Assembly: GCA_023397655.1 (NCBI GenBank)
Contig: JAEWTW010000026.1
Coordinates: 182,463-246,462, forward strand
DNA: 64,000 bases
Reading direction: 5' to 3'
Source of the DNA: Bacillota bacterium
Lineage (GTDB): Bacteria; Bacillota; Clostridia; Christensenellales; SZUA-584
Shown here: positions 1 through 9,791 of the stretch, piece by piece
Numbering within the stretch: position 1 is the stretch's first letter
How the letters are laid out: every line of letters begins with the position of its first letter
Position numbers and translations under genes: made by a program
The notes under the pieces: generated by a model
The model's database searches: none
What the model was told of the DNA's origin: nothing
Seen by the model: the letters and a program-made list of their open reading frames with translations, nothing else

Positions 1-1
1 G

Positions 2-1543
2 GAAAACGAATGGGGCGGGCTGGATGCCGCGTGCTCCACACCGCCCAAAGCGGGCATGAAGATACGCACCAACACAGAACGTCTGCGCAAATACCGCCGC
101 ATGATACTCGAGCTGCTGCTGGCCAACCACTGCCGCGACTGCACACTGTGCAGCAACAACGGCCGGTGCAAGCTGCAGGACCTCGCAATGCGGTTCAACA
201 TCACCGATGTGCGGTTTCCCAACACCGCAGCCGAGCCCAAAATCGACGATTCGTCGCTGTGCATCACGCGGGACGCCCACAAGTGCATACTCTGCGGCGA
301 CTGTGTGCGCATGTGCAACGAGGTGCAGAAGGTGGGCGCAATTGACTTCGCGCATCGCGGCGCCAAGATGACCATCAGCGCCGCCTTCGACCGGCCAATC
401 GCCGAATCGCCTTGTGTGGGCTGCGGCCAGTGCGCGGCAGTGTGCCCCACCGGTGCCATCGTGGTCAAGATCGATTCCGCACCCGTGCTGCGCGCATTGT
501 CGGACGATAACGTGAAGGTGACGGTGCAGATTGCCCCGGCGGTCCGCGCGGCGGTCAGCCGCGAACTGGGTGATCCTTCCGACGATCAGGCGATGGGCAA
601 AATCGTCGCGGCGATGAAACGCATGGGCTTCGATGAGGTATATGACACCGCCACCGCTGCGGACCTCACCGTGCTGGAGGAAGCGGGTGAGCTGCTCCGC
701 CGCTTGGACGAAGACACCGGCGGCATGCCGTTGTTTACCTCCTGCTGCCCCGCGTGGGTGCAGTACTGCGAAAAGAACTACCCGGAGCTGCTGCCGCACG
801 TGTCCACTTGCCGCTCGCCCATGCAGATGTTCGCTTCGGTCATCAAAGCGCAGAGCGCATCTTCTTCATGCCGCAAGCATGTGCACGTGGCGATCATGCC
901 CTGCACCGCCAAAAAGTTTGAAGCAGCCCGGCCGGAGTTCATGTTCGAGGGCGGCCCGGCAGTGGACTATGTCGTCTCCACGCAGGGCCTCATCCGCATC
1001 ATCAAGGAGTCGGGCATCGTGTTTGGTGAGCTGGAGCCCGAGGCGGTGGATATGCCTTTTGGCACCATGACGGGCGCAGGCGTGATCTTCGGCGTCACGG
1101 GCGGCGTCACGGAAGCGGTGCTGCGGCGCATCTCCTACGACAAATCGTCCGCGTCACTCAAGGCGCTGTCTTTCACCGGCGTGCGCGGCATGCAGGGCGT
1201 GAAGACGGCCACGGTGACGGTAGGCGATCGCGAGCTCAAAATCGCCGTGGTCAGCGGCCTGGGCAACGCGGCGGCACTGATCGAGTCCATCAAGTCCGGC
1301 GAGCATTACGACTTTGTGGAGGTAATGGGGTGCCCGGGTGGTTGCGTAAGCGGCGCGGGCCAGCCCTTCGCGGATTGGTCCGAGAAGCAGACCCGCGGGC
1401 AGCGCCTGTACAGCGCCGACAAGCTGTGCAGCATCAAGCGCAGTGAGGAAAACCCGCTGATGATGTCGCTGTATGAGGGCGTTCTCAAAGGCCGCGTGCA
1501 TGAACTGCTGCATGTGAACTATACGCAGGAGGTTGAGAAATGA
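2..1543 (+). CDS. [FeFe]-hydrogenase large subunit (HydA-like); 5' end lies outside the window
   Basis: Frame is open from nt 2 (ENEWGGLDAACSTPPKAG precedes the first Met at 56). Ferredoxin-type clusters CILCGDCVRMC and CVGCGQCAAVCP. H-cluster signatures FTSCCPAWV, MPCTAKKFEA, EVMGCPGGCVSGAGQP. Confidence 0.9.
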   Translation, partial: ENEWGGLDAACSTPPKAGMKIRTNTERLRKYRRMILELLLANHCRDCTLCSNNGRCKLQDLAMRFNITDVRFPNTAAEPKIDDSSLCITRDAHKCILCGDCVRMCNEVQKVGAIDFAHRGAKMTISAAFDRPIAESPCVGCGQCAAVCPTGAIVVKIDSAPVLRALSDDNVKVTVQIAPAVRAAVSRELGDPSDDQAMGKIVAAMKRMGFDEVYDTATAADLTVLEEAGELLRRLDEDTGGMPLFTSCCPAWVQYCEKNYPELLPHVSTCRSPMQMFASVIKAQSASSSCRKHVHVAIMPCTAKKFEAARPEFMFEGGPAVDYVVSTQGLIRIIKESGIVFGELEPEAVDMPFGTMTGAGVIFGVTGGVTEAVLRRISYDKSSASLKALSFTGVRGMQGVKTATVTVGDRELKIAVVSGLGNAAALIESIKSGEHYDFVEVMGCPGGCVSGAGQPFADWSEKQTRGQRLYSADKLCSIKRSEENPLMMSLYEGVLKGRVHELLHVNYTQEVEK

Positions 1544-1788
1544 TTGAGCTTCGCGTCTGCATCGGCAGCTCCTGCCACTTAAAAGGCTCGTACAACGTTA
1601 TCCAGACTTTTCTACACTTTTTCGAAGAACATGACCTGCATGACAGGATCGACTTCAAGAGCACGTTTTGCATGAAGCGATGCGCCCATAGCGGCGTGGG
1701 TATATCTCTGAACGGTGAAGCGTACCACATCTCGCCGGATAAAGCGATTGACTTTCTCAAGACAGAGGTATTGCCACTAGTCCGCTAG
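1540..1788 (+). CDS. small thioredoxin-like [2Fe-2S] protein (NuoE/HndA-like), translationally coupled to the hydrogenase
   Basis: ATGA start/stop overlap with the hydrogenase. Four Cys at positions 7, 12, 44, 48 (CIGSSCHLKG ... FCMKRCAHSG). Confidence 0.6.
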   Translation: MIELRVCIGSSCHLKGSYNVIQTFLHFFEEHDLHDRIDFKSTFCMKRCAHSGVGISLNGEAYHISPDKAIDFLKTEVLPLVR

Positions 1789-1873
1789 TTGCGGATGGAT
1801 GGCGGATGAGACAGACACCCTTGCATTGAACCTCTTTTGGCATACTGCTTCATTTGTCTCTCCCCGGATAATA

Positions 1874-1901
1874 GTTAAGCGGCCACAAATGGCCGCTTAA
1901 C
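1874..1901. terminator. perfect 11-bp stem hairpin between convergent genes
   Basis: gttaagcggcc / acaaat / ggccgcttaac. No strong T-run on either side. Confidence 0.5.
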
Positions 1902-1983
1902 TCTATTCAGCAGGTAACCACTGTTAAGTGTACATCGATATACTGAACTGCTATTTAATCTCAAGAAAAGGCAATATAATAAA

Positions 1984-2673
1984 TCACACTTTTAACAATT
2001 CCACGTATTCATTACAAAGCGGATAGATTGCCGCTTCATCCTCTTCAATTTCGCCAAACCGCGGCAATACCGGATTGAACCTGTTGTCCACGTTATCGTC
2101 GTTAACCGAGGAAACTTCGCCAACCACCAGATCGCCTTTGCCCTCCAGCGCCCAGAAACTGTGATACATGAAAGGTGTCAGGCTGATACTGCAACCAACC
2201 GGTACTGTAACGACCTCACCCGCCTTCACGATATGCTTGATCCCGTCCATATAAACGGTAACATCGCTGTCGTAGTCGATGCTTTCATCCACTTTCGCGT
2301 TGTAAAGCTTCAGTGCCAGCACGCCGCCTGCACGGTTGATGATATCCTCGGTTTTGCTGTAGTGGAAATGTGTCGGCAATCCCTGACCGTCTGCCAGCAG
2401 TATATATTTTTCGGCATACGGAACACCTATGCTTTTATCCTTTTGGTCTCCATTCCGCACGGTAAACAGTACGCCGCCAATGCGCTGATAATCGTTAAGC
2501 CCGTAATCCGTCACGTCCCATCCCAGCATCGTCTTTTGGATCATATACGTCAGTTCCGCATTTTCGACCCAATCTGTACATTTCCAGTCCGCAAAAACCG
2601 GCAATGAGATATTGTTGTCCTTTAGTAGTTTCTTCGCCCACTCGATTGCGGCATTCACTTCAGACCTTTTCAT
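1984..2673 (-). CDS. D-lyxose/D-mannose family sugar isomerase (cupin)
   Basis: 229 aa. Cupin metal-site region LPTHFHYSKTEDIINRAGG. Overall resemblance to ~225-aa D-lyxose ketol-isomerases, from memory. Confidence 0.7.
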   Translation of the reverse strand: MKRSEVNAAIEWAKKLLKDNNISLPVFADWKCTDWVENAELTYMIQKTMLGWDVTDYGLNDYQRIGGVLFTVRNGDQKDKSIGVPYAEKYILLADGQGLPTHFHYSKTEDIINRAGGVLALKLYNAKVDESIDYDSDVTVYMDGIKHIVKAGEVVTVPVGCSISLTPFMYHSFWALEGKGDLVVGEVSSVNDDNVDNRFNPVLPRFGEIEEDEAAIYPLCNEYVELLKV

Positions 2674-2717
2674 TTTTTCTCTCCTGTTTATTGTCCATTA
2701 TCAAATGCATGTTAATG

Positions 2718-3740
2718 TTACAGATTGGCCCACATTTCAAATACCGCAAATACATTCTCAGGGTTTGCGCCAGGCCCAAACTCACATTGCGCAATGACTC
2801 CCCCGTTATTCCACAAAGTATCTTTAACCAATCTGACAGCTTTTTGAACCTCCTGCCTGCTCCCGTTGGGCAAGATGCCCTGCCTGTCAATCTCACCCCA
2901 AAAAGTGATACTGCCTTTGAACTGCCGCAGTTTGTCCAGCCCCATACAAAAAATCTGTAAATTAACCGCATCTATCCCTATATCGATCAAGTGCGGGATA
3001 ATATCCAGCGTAAACCCATCCGAGTGGAAAAAAATCTTCTTTCCATACTTCTTTGCAATATCAGTGTAGTCCCTGTACATTGGCTTTATCAGCTCGACCC
3101 AAAGCTTTGGGTTGATCAGCAGGCTCTTCTGCGTGCCCCAGTCATCCATAAAGAACAAACCGTCCACATCCGTCTGCGCCCAGGTCGTCAGCAATCTGCA
3201 ATAAAAATCATGCATCCTTTCCATGAAGGCAAACATCTTTGGCGGCTTCAACGCCAAATCGACAAACAGATTCTCCGTCCCTCTGATAAACTGAAGCCTC
3301 TCAAAAGGTCTCGCAATATCGCTCTGCAGCACAAATTTGTCAGTAGCGGCACAGAACTCATTGACTCTCTCTTTATCGAGCGTCAAAAGCTCTTCGGGGA
3401 TGTGAACACGGCTCACGTCATCCCAAAACTCATCATCCGCCGGAACAATCGGATTTTTGACTTCACCGACAATACCTTCGTGAATATTTGTGAATGTGCA
3501 GCCCCATTCATCCGTATATTCACCGACTGCATACCAATCCCCCTGCATTTTGGGCGGCTCGGCATACCGCTTGAAATCCGTCGGCAATTCGACGATGTCA
3601 TCCGCGTAGTCCCTGTGTATGGTGTCGATAACTCTCTGATACCGTTTGTTCGCCCAAGGAAGCAGCCACATCTGCCTTGGTACCCGATCTTCAGCGTTAT
3701 CGAACGCCAGCGTTTTATATACCAACTCTCTCGATGTCAT
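2718..3740 (-). CDS. uroporphyrinogen decarboxylase (URO-D)/MtaA-family protein, paralogue 1
   Basis: 340 aa. N-terminal ...DRVPRQMW. FFHSDG at the position of the H-x-C-G motif found in the other three paralogues. Confidence 0.7.
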   Translation of the reverse strand: MTSRELVYKTLAFDNAEDRVPRQMWLLPWANKRYQRVIDTIHRDYADDIVELPTDFKRYAEPPKMQGDWYAVGEYTDEWGCTFTNIHEGIVGEVKNPIVPADDEFWDDVSRVHIPEELLTLDKERVNEFCAATDKFVLQSDIARPFERLQFIRGTENLFVDLALKPPKMFAFMERMHDFYCRLLTTWAQTDVDGLFFMDDWGTQKSLLINPKLWVELIKPMYRDYTDIAKKYGKKIFFHSDGFTLDIIPHLIDIGIDAVNLQIFCMGLDKLRQFKGSITFWGEIDRQGILPNGSRQEVQKAVRLVKDTLWNNGGVIAQCEFGPGANPENVFAVFEMWANL

Positions 3741-3770
3741 TATATAATATCCCCGAACGGACGTTAGAGA

Positions 3771-4817
3771 TCAATACGCACCGTACTTTTTTCCTGCCTC
3801 GAACATGCGGTATATGTTCTCCATGCTGATGCCGTCGTGCAGAGAATGATCGGACGCGAGAATGTATCTGCCGCCGGGTTTCGCAATTTCAAGGCATTCC
3901 ATGACCTCTCTCTCCACATCGTCGGGCGTGCCGTAAGGCAGGGTTGTCGAGGAGTCCACATTACCGCACAGCGTCACGCGATGACCATACTTCTCCTTGA
4001 TCTGCTTCAGTGACATATTGGCTGTGCGCTGCATCGGATGCAGTACCGTGATGCCGGTATCCACGATATCATCGAGATACTCATTGATGTTGCCGCACGA
4101 ATGGAAGAACACTGGTGTTTCGCCGCATGCATCAACAATACGTGCAAGCTCGGGCAAAACAAGCTGCTTGAACGTTGCCGGCGGCAAAAAGCACTGATTG
4201 CTGTCACCCAGATCTTCCGCCAGCGTGATCATGTCCACCCCCGCTTCCTTCAGCGGTGCAATCATGCCGATGAAATAGTCCGTCGTCTCCTTCAGCAGAG
4301 CCTTGATGAAATCCGGTTCGGTCAGACAGTTGATCATCAGCTCTTCCGGCCCCATCAGCATCCATGCCTGGGTAAACGGCCCATTTCCGCCTGCAGAGAC
4401 CGCGATCTCACCCTTGGCATATTTTACACCCTCTTTGATGTTTTGAAAACGCCCATTATCAGAAGGATTAGGGAATTTGTACTTTTTAAAGCCTTCGTAG
4501 TCACTGAACGGGAAGGCTATGGGCGCATCCACAGGCCACGACGCATCCTCCGTTTGATACGTTGTACCCCATTCATCGATGTACTGTGTGTCGCTCAGCC
4601 GCTTCACTTCATAACCCACTGGCACACTGACCGTACCAAATGCCAGATCGAGGTCCAGTTTCCGTGATGCATCGATTACTTCTATCAGGTCATATTCTTC
4701 AGCGCGCTTCCCCAACACGTGCTTGAAGATATCTCTTTGAAACAGGAAATCATATAACGGTACACGGTCCGGTATTTCTCCGCGAATCGTTTTTAAAATT
4801 CTTTCTCTTCCAGTCAT
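3771..4817 (-). CDS. URO-D/MtaA-family protein, paralogue 2
   Basis: 348 aa. ILKTIRGEIPDRVPL N-terminus and FFHSCGNI motif. Confidence 0.75.
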   Translation of the reverse strand: MTGRERILKTIRGEIPDRVPLYDFLFQRDIFKHVLGKRAEEYDLIEVIDASRKLDLDLAFGTVSVPVGYEVKRLSDTQYIDEWGTTYQTEDASWPVDAPIAFPFSDYEGFKKYKFPNPSDNGRFQNIKEGVKYAKGEIAVSAGGNGPFTQAWMLMGPEELMINCLTEPDFIKALLKETTDYFIGMIAPLKEAGVDMITLAEDLGDSNQCFLPPATFKQLVLPELARIVDACGETPVFFHSCGNINEYLDDIVDTGITVLHPMQRTANMSLKQIKEKYGHRVTLCGNVDSSTTLPYGTPDDVEREVMECLEIAKPGGRYILASDHSLHDGISMENIYRMFEAGKKYGAY

Positions 4818-4847
4818 AATTCCACTAACCTCCTTACCAATTACTTA

Positions 4848-5825
4848 CTAGGCCTTCTGCATATTTCTAACCTGTATCGTGTTGATCAATACAGCGACCA
4901 GAATTAATGCGCCGCGAACAACGTATTTCACATAGTCGTCGAATCGCAGCAGAGTCATGCCGTTGATGAGGATGCCCAGGAATATGATACCGATGAATGT
5001 GCCCCATACCTTGCCGATACCGCCGTTTAAGCTTGCGCCGCCGATGATGACCGAAGAAATAACATCCATTTCATACCCTTTGCCGAACGTCGATGAACCA
5101 GCCATAACCTGGGATGACATGATGATGGAGGCCAGCGCGGCCAGGAACTGTACCGATGTCAGCGTCATAACCTTAACCTTATTGACGTTGATGCCAGAAA
5201 GTCGCGCGGACTCCTGATTGCCGCCCACTGCATAGACCTCACGTCCGAAGCGCGTATAGTTCATAACGACGAACACCACGATGAACACGATAGCCAGCCA
5301 CAATGCGGGTAGTGGTATGACGCCAAACAGCTGCCCTGCACCGATGTTGTTGTACCAGGTCGGGAATGTCGTCACCGGAAAGCCATTGGATATAATGGCT
5401 GATAGACCGTATAACACATTCAACATGGCCAAGGTGATGATAAATGACGGCACGCCAAACTTGGTTCGGATTAGGCCGTTCAATACACCTACTGCAACAC
5501 TGATTGCCAGTGTAATAACGATTGCTATCAGTACGCCGCTCTCTCTCGGAATACCGGCTTCTTCAAAGGAACCCGTAAAGGTGGCCAGCAACACGCAATA
5601 AAACGCAATCGATGAGCCGACAGAAAGATCGATCTCGCCGCTGATAATGACCATTGTCATACCGAATGCAATAACGCCCACAATCGCCATGTTCCGCAAT
5701 ATACCGAGAAGATTGCTTCCTCTGATGAAACCCGGTGCAAACACAGCCAGCAGGATAAAAAGCAGCAGTAATATAATTTCCATCATATACTTTCTAAAAA
5801 TACTCGTAACACTCAGACGCCCCAT
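4848..5825 (-). CDS. sugar ABC transporter permease (RbsC/AraH type)
   Basis: 325 aa, strongly hydrophobic multi-TM protein. Sits directly downstream of the double-ATPase gene. Confidence 0.85.
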   Translation of the reverse strand: MGRLSVTSIFRKYMMEIILLLLFILLAVFAPGFIRGSNLLGILRNMAIVGVIAFGMTMVIISGEIDLSVGSSIAFYCVLLATFTGSFEEAGIPRESGVLIAIVITLAISVAVGVLNGLIRTKFGVPSFIITLAMLNVLYGLSAIISNGFPVTTFPTWYNNIGAGQLFGVIPLPALWLAIVFIVVFVVMNYTRFGREVYAVGGNQESARLSGINVNKVKVMTLTSVQFLAALASIIMSSQVMAGSSTFGKGYEMDVISSVIIGGASLNGGIGKVWGTFIGIIFLGILINGMTLLRFDDYVKYVVRGALILVAVLINTIQVRNMQKA

Positions 5826-5827
5826 TG

Positions 5828-7309
5828 TTATTTACCTCCCATACAAACTGCATATAAGTCTTCAAGGTGACAAGTTTCCGGTTCTATTTCGCCGGTGATT
5901 TCGCCCAGCCGCAGCACAATGATGCGGTTGCACACTTCCAAAAGTTCCTCGAGCTCGGATGACACCACGATGCTCGATATGCCTTTTCTTGAAAGCTCCC
6001 ATATTATTTCAAAAATCTGTTGCTTTGCCCCCACATCAATGCCCCTTGACGGCTCATCCAGAAAAATAACTTTAGGTGATGTGTTGAGCCAGTTGCCGAC
6101 GACCACTTTCTGCTGGTTACCGCCGGAAAGCGAGGATACCGGCACATCTTTATTGGGCGTTTTAATATCAAGATTGGCAATTTGCCTGTCTGCAAACTCG
6201 TTTTCCTTGGCTCTATCAAGAAATGCTCCCTTGGATATCAGCTTCAAGCTTGCGTTGCTCAGGTTTTGCTTCACTGACATGATCTGAACAAGACCTTCGA
6301 ATTTCCTGTCTTCCGGCGTCAGCGCAAACCCCAGCTCTTTCATCTTCTTCGGGGTGGGGTTTTTCACTTCTTTGCCTTCAAAAATAATTTTGCCGCTGTC
6401 GAAGCTGTCCACTCCGAATATTGACCGCAGAAGTTCGGTTCTGCCTGAACCCAGCATACCGGCAATGCCCAGTATCTCACCCTTCTTCAGTTCAAAGGAG
6501 ACATTGTGAAATTTCTGATCCCGGCTCAAATTCTCCACTTTCAATATCACTTCGTCCTGTGGCTTTAAATCATCCGGGCGGCATTTGACTTCAACATCGC
6601 CAAACATCAGCCGGATGACATCTTTATGCTGGCATTCTTTCATATCCAGCCTGCCCGCATAGATGCCATCGCGCAATACCGTACAGCTGTCCGCGATTTC
6701 CCAAAGCTCCTGCAATTTGTGCGAAATGTAGATGATGATAACGTCCTTTTTCTTGAGCTCACGGATCAGCTTGAACAGCATAGCCACTTCGTGCTGCGCC
6801 AAGGCAGACGTCGGCTCGTCGAGCAAAATAACCTTGGGTTCAAAGCTCATGGCCTTGGCGATTTCAATCATCTGCATCTGCCACATGCTCAAGTTATATA
6901 CCATTTCTCTGGGGTTGATATTGATGCCGATGCTGCTTAAAAGTTCCCTGGCTGTCTGATATGTCTTTCTCCAATCGACAAACCCGCCTTTCATCGGCAG
7001 TCTGCCCATCCAGATATTTTCAGCAACCGACATACCCGGCACAAGGCTTAATTCCTGAAAAACCGTTGCCACGCCGTTATTCATGGCTTCTTTGGGATCA
7101 CTGAATTTTATCTCTTTTCCGTCCAGCAGTATGCGACCGCTTGTGGCTTCCTGCACACCGTTTATTATCTTAACCAAAGTCGACTTGCCCGAGCCGTTTT
7201 TTCCGAGCAGAGCGTTGACTTTGCCGCTTTCAAACTCAATATTCACATTGTCAAGCGCCACTGTACCCGGAAACACCTTGGTGATGTTCTCCACTTTTAA
7301 TATACTCAT
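5828..7309 (-). CDS. sugar ABC transporter ATP-binding protein (duplicated ATPase, RbsA/MglA type)
   Basis: Walker A motifs GKNGSGKST and GMLGSGRTE. Signature LSGGNQQK. Walker B ILLDEPT and IFLDEPS. Confidence 0.9.
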   Translation of the reverse strand: MSILKVENITKVFPGTVALDNVNIEFESGKVNALLGKNGSGKSTLVKIINGVQEATSGRILLDGKEIKFSDPKEAMNNGVATVFQELSLVPGMSVAENIWMGRLPMKGGFVDWRKTYQTARELLSSIGININPREMVYNLSMWQMQMIEIAKAMSFEPKVILLDEPTSALAQHEVAMLFKLIRELKKKDVIIIYISHKLQELWEIADSCTVLRDGIYAGRLDMKECQHKDVIRLMFGDVEVKCRPDDLKPQDEVILKVENLSRDQKFHNVSFELKKGEILGIAGMLGSGRTELLRSIFGVDSFDSGKIIFEGKEVKNPTPKKMKELGFALTPEDRKFEGLVQIMSVKQNLSNASLKLISKGAFLDRAKENEFADRQIANLDIKTPNKDVPVSSLSGGNQQKVVVGNWLNTSPKVIFLDEPSRGIDVGAKQQIFEIIWELSRKGISSIVVSSELEELLEVCNRIIVLRLGEITGEIEPETCHLEDLYAVCMGGK

Positions 7310-7366
7310 ATAAATTCACCTTACCAGATAGCGTTTGGTTAAAAACTCTGATCAACGTGTGACTTG

Positions 7367-7389
7367 GCCGGGGGGTATACCCCCCCGGC
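7367..7389 (-). terminator. GC-rich intercistronic stem-loop between the binding-protein and ATPase genes
   Basis: gccgggggg / tatac / ccccccggc. No adjacent T-run, so more likely a partial terminator or mRNA-stabilising hairpin. Confidence 0.5.
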
Positions 7390-7432
7390 TGTCACTCTAT
7401 AACATGTTATTTGATGGTATTCAACAATATTA

Positions 7433-8500
7433 TCAGGCACCTGTTTTCGCTTTGAGGTCTGCAAGGAACGCGTTGATCTCATCCGGGTTTGCGCGCTGAA
7501 GAACGATACCGGGAACGATGAAGCCCTGTCCTTTTGTATCGCTGACATCTTCGCCGTTGATGGCTTTCACAACGACTTCCATCGTTTTCACACCGATTGT
7601 ATAAGGATCCTGGCCTGTAACCGCCTGAAGGATATTGTCCTCACTCAGCAGCAGTTCGCACATCTGCTCGCTCGCATCAGTACCGAACACAACCACTTCG
7701 CCGGCTTTGCCCGCATTCTTCACGCCCATTGCCGCCCCAATCGTGCCGCCTTCATTCGCGGACCAGATCAGGTTGATATCCGGGTTGGCCGTCAGCATAT
7801 CCTGAGCCAGCGTAATCGCCTTATCCTGCAGCCATGCATCCTGATCGTCAACGATTTCAACACCGGGAAGCGTAGTCACAACATCAAGGAATCCGGAAGA
7901 TCTCGCACCGCTCTGCTCGGGCAGCAGCGATTTGAACTGCATAACAGCGATTTTGGCTTTGCCTCCCATTTTCTCTTCGATATACTTCTTCGCAACTTCG
8001 CCCGTAGCTTTGCCCAATTCATAGTTATCGGAGGTATACGAGCCAACCACGTAGTCTTCACCGGAGAGAATATAGTTGGATATGCCAAGAATCAGCCCTG
8101 CATCGTTGGCATCTCTGAGCATCTGCAGAGAAGCGGTTTCGCTGACCGGCGTAATGGCAACGCCAGCATAGCCCTGGTCCGCATACGTCTTCATCATTTC
8201 AATTTCTTTAGCTGCATCAGAGTTCGTGTTGCCCGGTGTGAATTCGAAACCGGCCGCTTCCGCAGCATCCTTATACCCAAGCTGCAGCAGCTTCATGAAC
8301 TGATCTTCCTGGAAAACCACACCCGCCACTTTTACAGGACCTGCCGGCTGTTCTGCCGGCTGCTCTGCGGGCTGCTCTGCCGGTTGCTCCGCGGGCTGTT
8401 CCGCCGGTTGCTCTGCGGGCTTGTCTGTGCTCGGACCGGCGCAACCAACAAACGCAAATGCCAGCGCAATAACCAATACGATTACCAATAATCTTTTCAT
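7433..8500 (-). CDS. sugar ABC transporter substrate-binding lipoprotein
   Basis: Start moved to ATG at 8500 (RBS GGAGGA upstream). Signal peptide plus lipobox AFAFVGC. (PAEQ)x6 linker. Periplasmic-binding-protein-like body. Confidence 0.85.
   Translation of the reverse strand: MKRLLVIVLVIALAFAFVGCAGPSTDKPAEQPAEQPAEQPAEQPAEQPAEQPAGPVKVAGVVFQEDQFMKLLQLGYKDAAEAAGFEFTPGNTNSDAAKEIEMMKTYADQGYAGVAITPVSETASLQMLRDANDAGLILGISNYILSGEDYVVGSYTSDNYELGKATGEVAKKYIEEKMGGKAKIAVMQFKSLLPEQSGARSSGFLDVVTTLPGVEIVDDQDAWLQDKAITLAQDMLTANPDINLIWSANEGGTIGAAMGVKNAGKAGEVVVFGTDASEQMCELLLSEDNILQAVTGQDPYTIGVKTMEVVVKAINGEDVSDTKGQGFIVPGIVLQRANPDEINAFLADLKAKTGA
8341..8420. repeat. 12-bp tandem repeat (about 7 units) encoding the PAEQ linker
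   Basis: ctgccggctgtt ctgccggctgct ctgcgggctgct ... read directly from the sequence. It lies inside the CDS. Confidence 0.9.
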
Positions 8501-8563
8501 CTTTTTCCTCCTAGTATTAGACTTATTTTTTTCACAAACATATATTTGCGAAATCATAAATAA

Positions 8564-9760
8564 TTAATCTGTAGAAAGGGCTGCGTTTAGCACCTTGGCG
8601 ATCGAGCCGAACGCGCCGCTGAATTTCCCAAGGCTCGCTCTTCTCACCTCAATTTCGGCGTCAGTAAAAGGATATGTCTGCTCTTTGGCAACTCTTAAGC
8701 ACTCACCAAACATGATGTCATTGTTTTCGATAAAATCACCGCCGATGAAAATGACATCGGGAGCCAATACGGATATCAGGCTTGAAATCGCTTTTCCTAA
8801 ATAGCGGCCGCATTTTTTAACGGCGCTGATGCAGTTTTCATCCCCGCCCTTTGCGCGTTCCACGATCTCGTTGATCGGAATCTCATTCCCTGTCGCACTT
8901 TTGTAGTAACGAACGGCTGCTTCGCCGTCCGCCATCACTTCAAGGCAGCCCGTTCGTCCGCAGCGGCATGCCGCGCCGAAGCTGTCCACCGTCATATGTC
9001 CAATTTCGAGTCCCGCATCCTTATAGCCGTGATATATTTTCCCTTCAAGCACCAATCCGCCGCCGATACCGACTTTGAAAACGTTCATAGCCAGTATTCT
9101 TTTATATTTGTTGTCAATGTCGATCCAGCTTTCACACAACGCGGCAGCTGATGTTTCTTTTTCGATGTATGTGGTAATACCTGTCTTCTGCTCAAGTATT
9201 TCTTTCACCGGTACATTGCGCCAGCCCACAAAGTTCGGCGGATTGATCATGATCCCTCTCACATGATCGATCGGACCCGCTGTCGCAATGCCGATACCCA
9301 TGACTTTGTTTCTCGGAATGCCGTTTTTTTCGATTATGCTGTTAATCAGCGCTACGATTTGATCAAGTGTCGTCTCCGGTCCGTTGATAATCTCAATTTC
9401 AACACTCTCTCGTGCGATGATATTCGCATTAAAATCAGCGAGTATGCAGATGATTTCGAATATATTCAGTTCAATTCCGATTGCATAACCTGCACTGTTG
9501 TTGAGCTCCAGTACCTTGGGTCTTCTGCCGCCCTGGGAATTGCCCATTCCTGTTTCAACTATGTACCCGTCCGCGATGGCTTTATTGACGAGATTGGTGA
9601 TCGTCGCCGTGGTCAATCCAATCGTTTTGGCAAGGTCTGCACGCGATATGCTTTTGTGCATGCGTATCGCATCAAAAACCAGCGCGGTATTCATTGCACG
9701 CATTTTGATGCTGTTAATATTGTTGTATTTTTTCGTTTCCAATGCACTGCCCCCACACAA
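8564..9760 (-). CDS. ROK-family transcriptional regulator (NagC/XylR type)
   Basis: N-terminal winged HTH (SRADLAKTIGLTTATITNLV). ROK zinc motif CRCGRTGCLE. True start may be the TTG at 9742 (METKKYNN...). Confidence 0.85.
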   Translation of the reverse strand: MCGGSALETKKYNNINSIKMRAMNTALVFDAIRMHKSISRADLAKTIGLTTATITNLVNKAIADGYIVETGMGNSQGGRRPKVLELNNSAGYAIGIELNIFEIICILADFNANIIARESVEIEIINGPETTLDQIVALINSIIEKNGIPRNKVMGIGIATAGPIDHVRGIMINPPNFVGWRNVPVKEILEQKTGITTYIEKETSAAALCESWIDIDNKYKRILAMNVFKVGIGGGLVLEGKIYHGYKDAGLEIGHMTVDSFGAACRCGRTGCLEVMADGEAAVRYYKSATGNEIPINEIVERAKGGDENCISAVKKCGRYLGKAISSLISVLAPDVIFIGGDFIENNDIMFGECLRVAKEQTYPFTDAEIEVRRASLGKFSGAFGSIAKVLNAALSTD

Positions 9761-9791
9761 AAAATATACTCGTCGAACTTAAGACCATTTG

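Noticed and set aside
8341-8420. Short tandem repeat considered as a possible CRISPR or regulatory array.
   Set aside because: The units are 12 bp, contiguous with no spacers, in frame inside a CDS, and they translate to a PAEQ linker.
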